A DNA stretch of 64,000 nt, the filler included, from Sphacelaria rigidula (taxonomy: Eukaryota), in the NCBI GenBank assembly GCA_964200075.2. It is 11 parts of 11 records of this genome, joined end to end, with 100 filler letters (N's around TTAATTAATTAA, not from the genome) between each part and the next. Parts side by side here need not be neighbours in the genome. Positions count along the whole stretch, not along the records: positions 58,281 to 64,000 come from CAXNAA020024982.1; 10 more parts are not named here. One strand, 5' to 3'. Numbering within the stretch: position 1 is the first letter of the stretch; each line of letters starts with the position of its first letter. The position numbers and the translations under genes were made by a program. Positions 61,776-64,000 of this stretch are shown here, piece after piece. Under the pieces are notes generated by a model, which did no database searches, was not told where the DNA came from, and worked only from the letters and a program-made list of their open reading frames with translations.

Positions 61776-62190
61776 CTCGGAAATTCCGCCACCAATCGCA
61801 GTGGCAGCACCAGTAGTAGCAAGAACACCAGCCCTTCCTCCTCTCCCCCCATTCTGTCTACCATTAAGAGCAGTGCCTTTAGCCAGTCCTAACGAAGTTG
61901 ACGCTGATGTTTTTGCTGATGCCCCGTCGTTGCTGCTGTTCTTTACAGATGAAGCGCGCGGCCTGTCTTTAGACTCAGAAGCAAAAGAAGCTCCTACCAT
62001 GTAAGCATTGGTGGTGGTGGTGGTGGTGGTGGTGGTGGTGGTGGTGGTGGACAGGGTGACGTCCGGATCAGGGCTTGATTGCGTCGGGGTCGTGCGCCGC
62101 CGTCGCCCACTGCGCGAGCCCGTCATTCTCCCCCTCCACCCCGCCCCCCCACGCGTTGCCTTATCTGTTACCGTCGACGTTGGAGTATAT
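61776..62190 (-). CDS. Probable upstream low-complexity exon, possibly of the USP gene; contains poly-Thr from (GGT)n at about 62009-62050
   Basis: Open GC-rich frame ending ..GGGISE|gtatgg. Acceptor not defined. Confidence 0.45.
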
Positions 62191-64000
62191 GGTTGAGTTT
62201 GAAATCAGCACTTTTCGTACATAAAAAACGTTCGACACTTGACTGTCGGACTCATACCAGATCACATACTGGTGGTGGCGGAGAGGTCCATATGGATGTC
62301 TACACCTTTCTGTTGCCAGTTCAGTACTATACTGTCCGCACTGTGTACTATCAAAGTATTAAGTATAGCATACTGTACTGTGTTGTGGGGACAGAACTAC
62401 TGTACGCCACAGTGTATGTAGTTCGAAAAAAATGCGTCACTGTATTCTTTGCTCCCTATTCTATGAAGCAGTCATCACGTCACCCGCCCCCCCCCATGAC
62501 ACGACGTAACTGACCTATAAATGATGTGCTGTCGACTGCCGACGGGAACCGTAAGCTGGCCGAGCAAAACTGGCAACAATCGCTGGTCGTGCCGTCGTTG
62601 ACGCGCGAAAGTACACACAGTCGTGAAACGCCACTTGGTTTGACCTGGTCGGTACACGTGAAAATTGTAACGATATTTCGAGTAGTGCGCGGTACCACTT
62701 ATAGGTCTTGATTCAAATTGCAAGGTGCGGCGCAATTTTTGTTTGATATGACATGTGGTCGATGATGCAGCTGCCGTAATACACGCCCCGACCACAATCG
62801 CAAGGCTCTACGCTTACTGACCTTTTCCGGTGGAGCATCATCATGATCAGCTCTTTGTCGTGGGTGAGTAAACTGAGTTGGTAAAAAAAGAACCAAACGT
62901 ATCTTTCTCTCACTCTGTATCTGATGTGTGGTTGGAAGTGGGCGCTGGGCCGTTTCCGACCCAAACCAGGGTCGCGCTCACCATGGTGTGGGAGCGGGGC
63001 AGGAGGGTAGTACTGCGCCCTTGTGTCACCCCCAGACGCGTAATTGGACCGTGCGATTTTCTCCGCTGACGTAAAACAACATGCAGTAAAGTGTACTTTC
63101 AAAATATCGGTGCTGTTGTGAGTAAAGTGCTGAATGGTCTCTTGAGATGGCCCTCATGGACCTCCTGTCTGTACAACAATGCAGCACAGTACGCCCTGTG
63201 GACAAGTTCGACACTGACCCCCTACATGTTTTAACTGAAGTCGGGGGTATCTTTGCACACACACGCACCCTCGCCAAAACATGCGTATGGATGCTCGATG
63301 CGACCCACTTCGCTTTGAATAGGTGCCTAAGGGGGCGTCCAAGAGCAAGCCGCTGCGGTATGAGATATCCCAGCGCGAGCTGGAGGAGATGGTACGGCGG
63401 CAGGGGTGAGAGCATGGGCCGTTTCGTATTTGACGTAGAATAACACCCCCTTCGCAACGTAATGGGTAGGGACGACAGTTTTAGAACGGACAAAGGTTCA
63501 AACCACAGTCTCCTGGCGCGGGAGATTAGTAAACTCACAATAGAGTTTGTTGCGAAAAGCTAATTTGTCCATGTGTAAACACTTAATTCTGCGCACGCCG
63601 CCCTCGAGGTGATGAATTTTCGCCCTCGAAAATGGGTGCACCGCGGTCCATCCCATTTTAGGGTAACACTCGAGAATAAAAGTTGTTTCACTGCAAAGAA
63701 TCCGATCGAAGTCTGTCGAGTTGAGAATTCGGAGGAACTCTGGGTATCCGTTGTATCTCGCGATAGTCGAGGATGAAGATATTGCGAATGTTCGGCGGTG
63801 TGTGTTTTGCGTGTGGAGATTCTGTCTTGTTCCGCAGTTTCACAATGCGGGATTACTGTTGTTTTTTCCTTGATGGAAGGAGGAAACCCGACCCAACACG
63901 TACCCCGCTGGCGATCGCAACGATCGCGAGCGAGTTCGTGTGCCGATTATCCGAAGGCTCGGCTAGACCGCCTTGCGGCGATCATGTGGGGAAGGCGCCT

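Overview
Eukaryotic, repeat-rich DNA. Long GT-AG introns, short exons and the retroelement types suggest a brown alga or other stramenopile (inference, not confirmed). The window is not one locus. It is eleven pieces of 5728 bp (the last is 5720 bp) joined by identical 100-bp N44-TTAATTAATTAA-N44 linkers, so adjacency across linkers means nothing. Retroelements: three degenerate copies of one Ty3/gypsy family (52-5650 +, 20757-23212 -, 35150-40478 -) that together cover gag-PR-RT-RH-IN and a chromodomain-like tail; a Ty1/copia copy lacking RT/RNase H (43316-46524 -); a nested LTR with PPT; LINE remnants; tRNA-derived SINE-like repeats. Many MITE/fold-back elements are present, several with exact TSDs. 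Partial spliced host genes: a Shewanella-like PPP metallophosphatase, a ubiquitin-specific protease, a probable TFIIIC Tfc4/GTF3C3-type TPR exon and two unknown genes. Best leads: (i) the gypsy architecture, with an in-frame UGA-C between gag and pol, a dUTPase-like PR-RT spacer, long Pro-rich linkers and an atypical chromodomain tail; (ii) a 411-bp TGT..ACA element whose termini are themselves 79-bp hairpins; (iii) MITE families with 4-bp TSDs and GAG/GAC/AAC termini; (iv) a Cbl-EF-hand-like motif split by about 500 aa of low-complexity sequence. No CRISPR array or prokaryotic system is supported.
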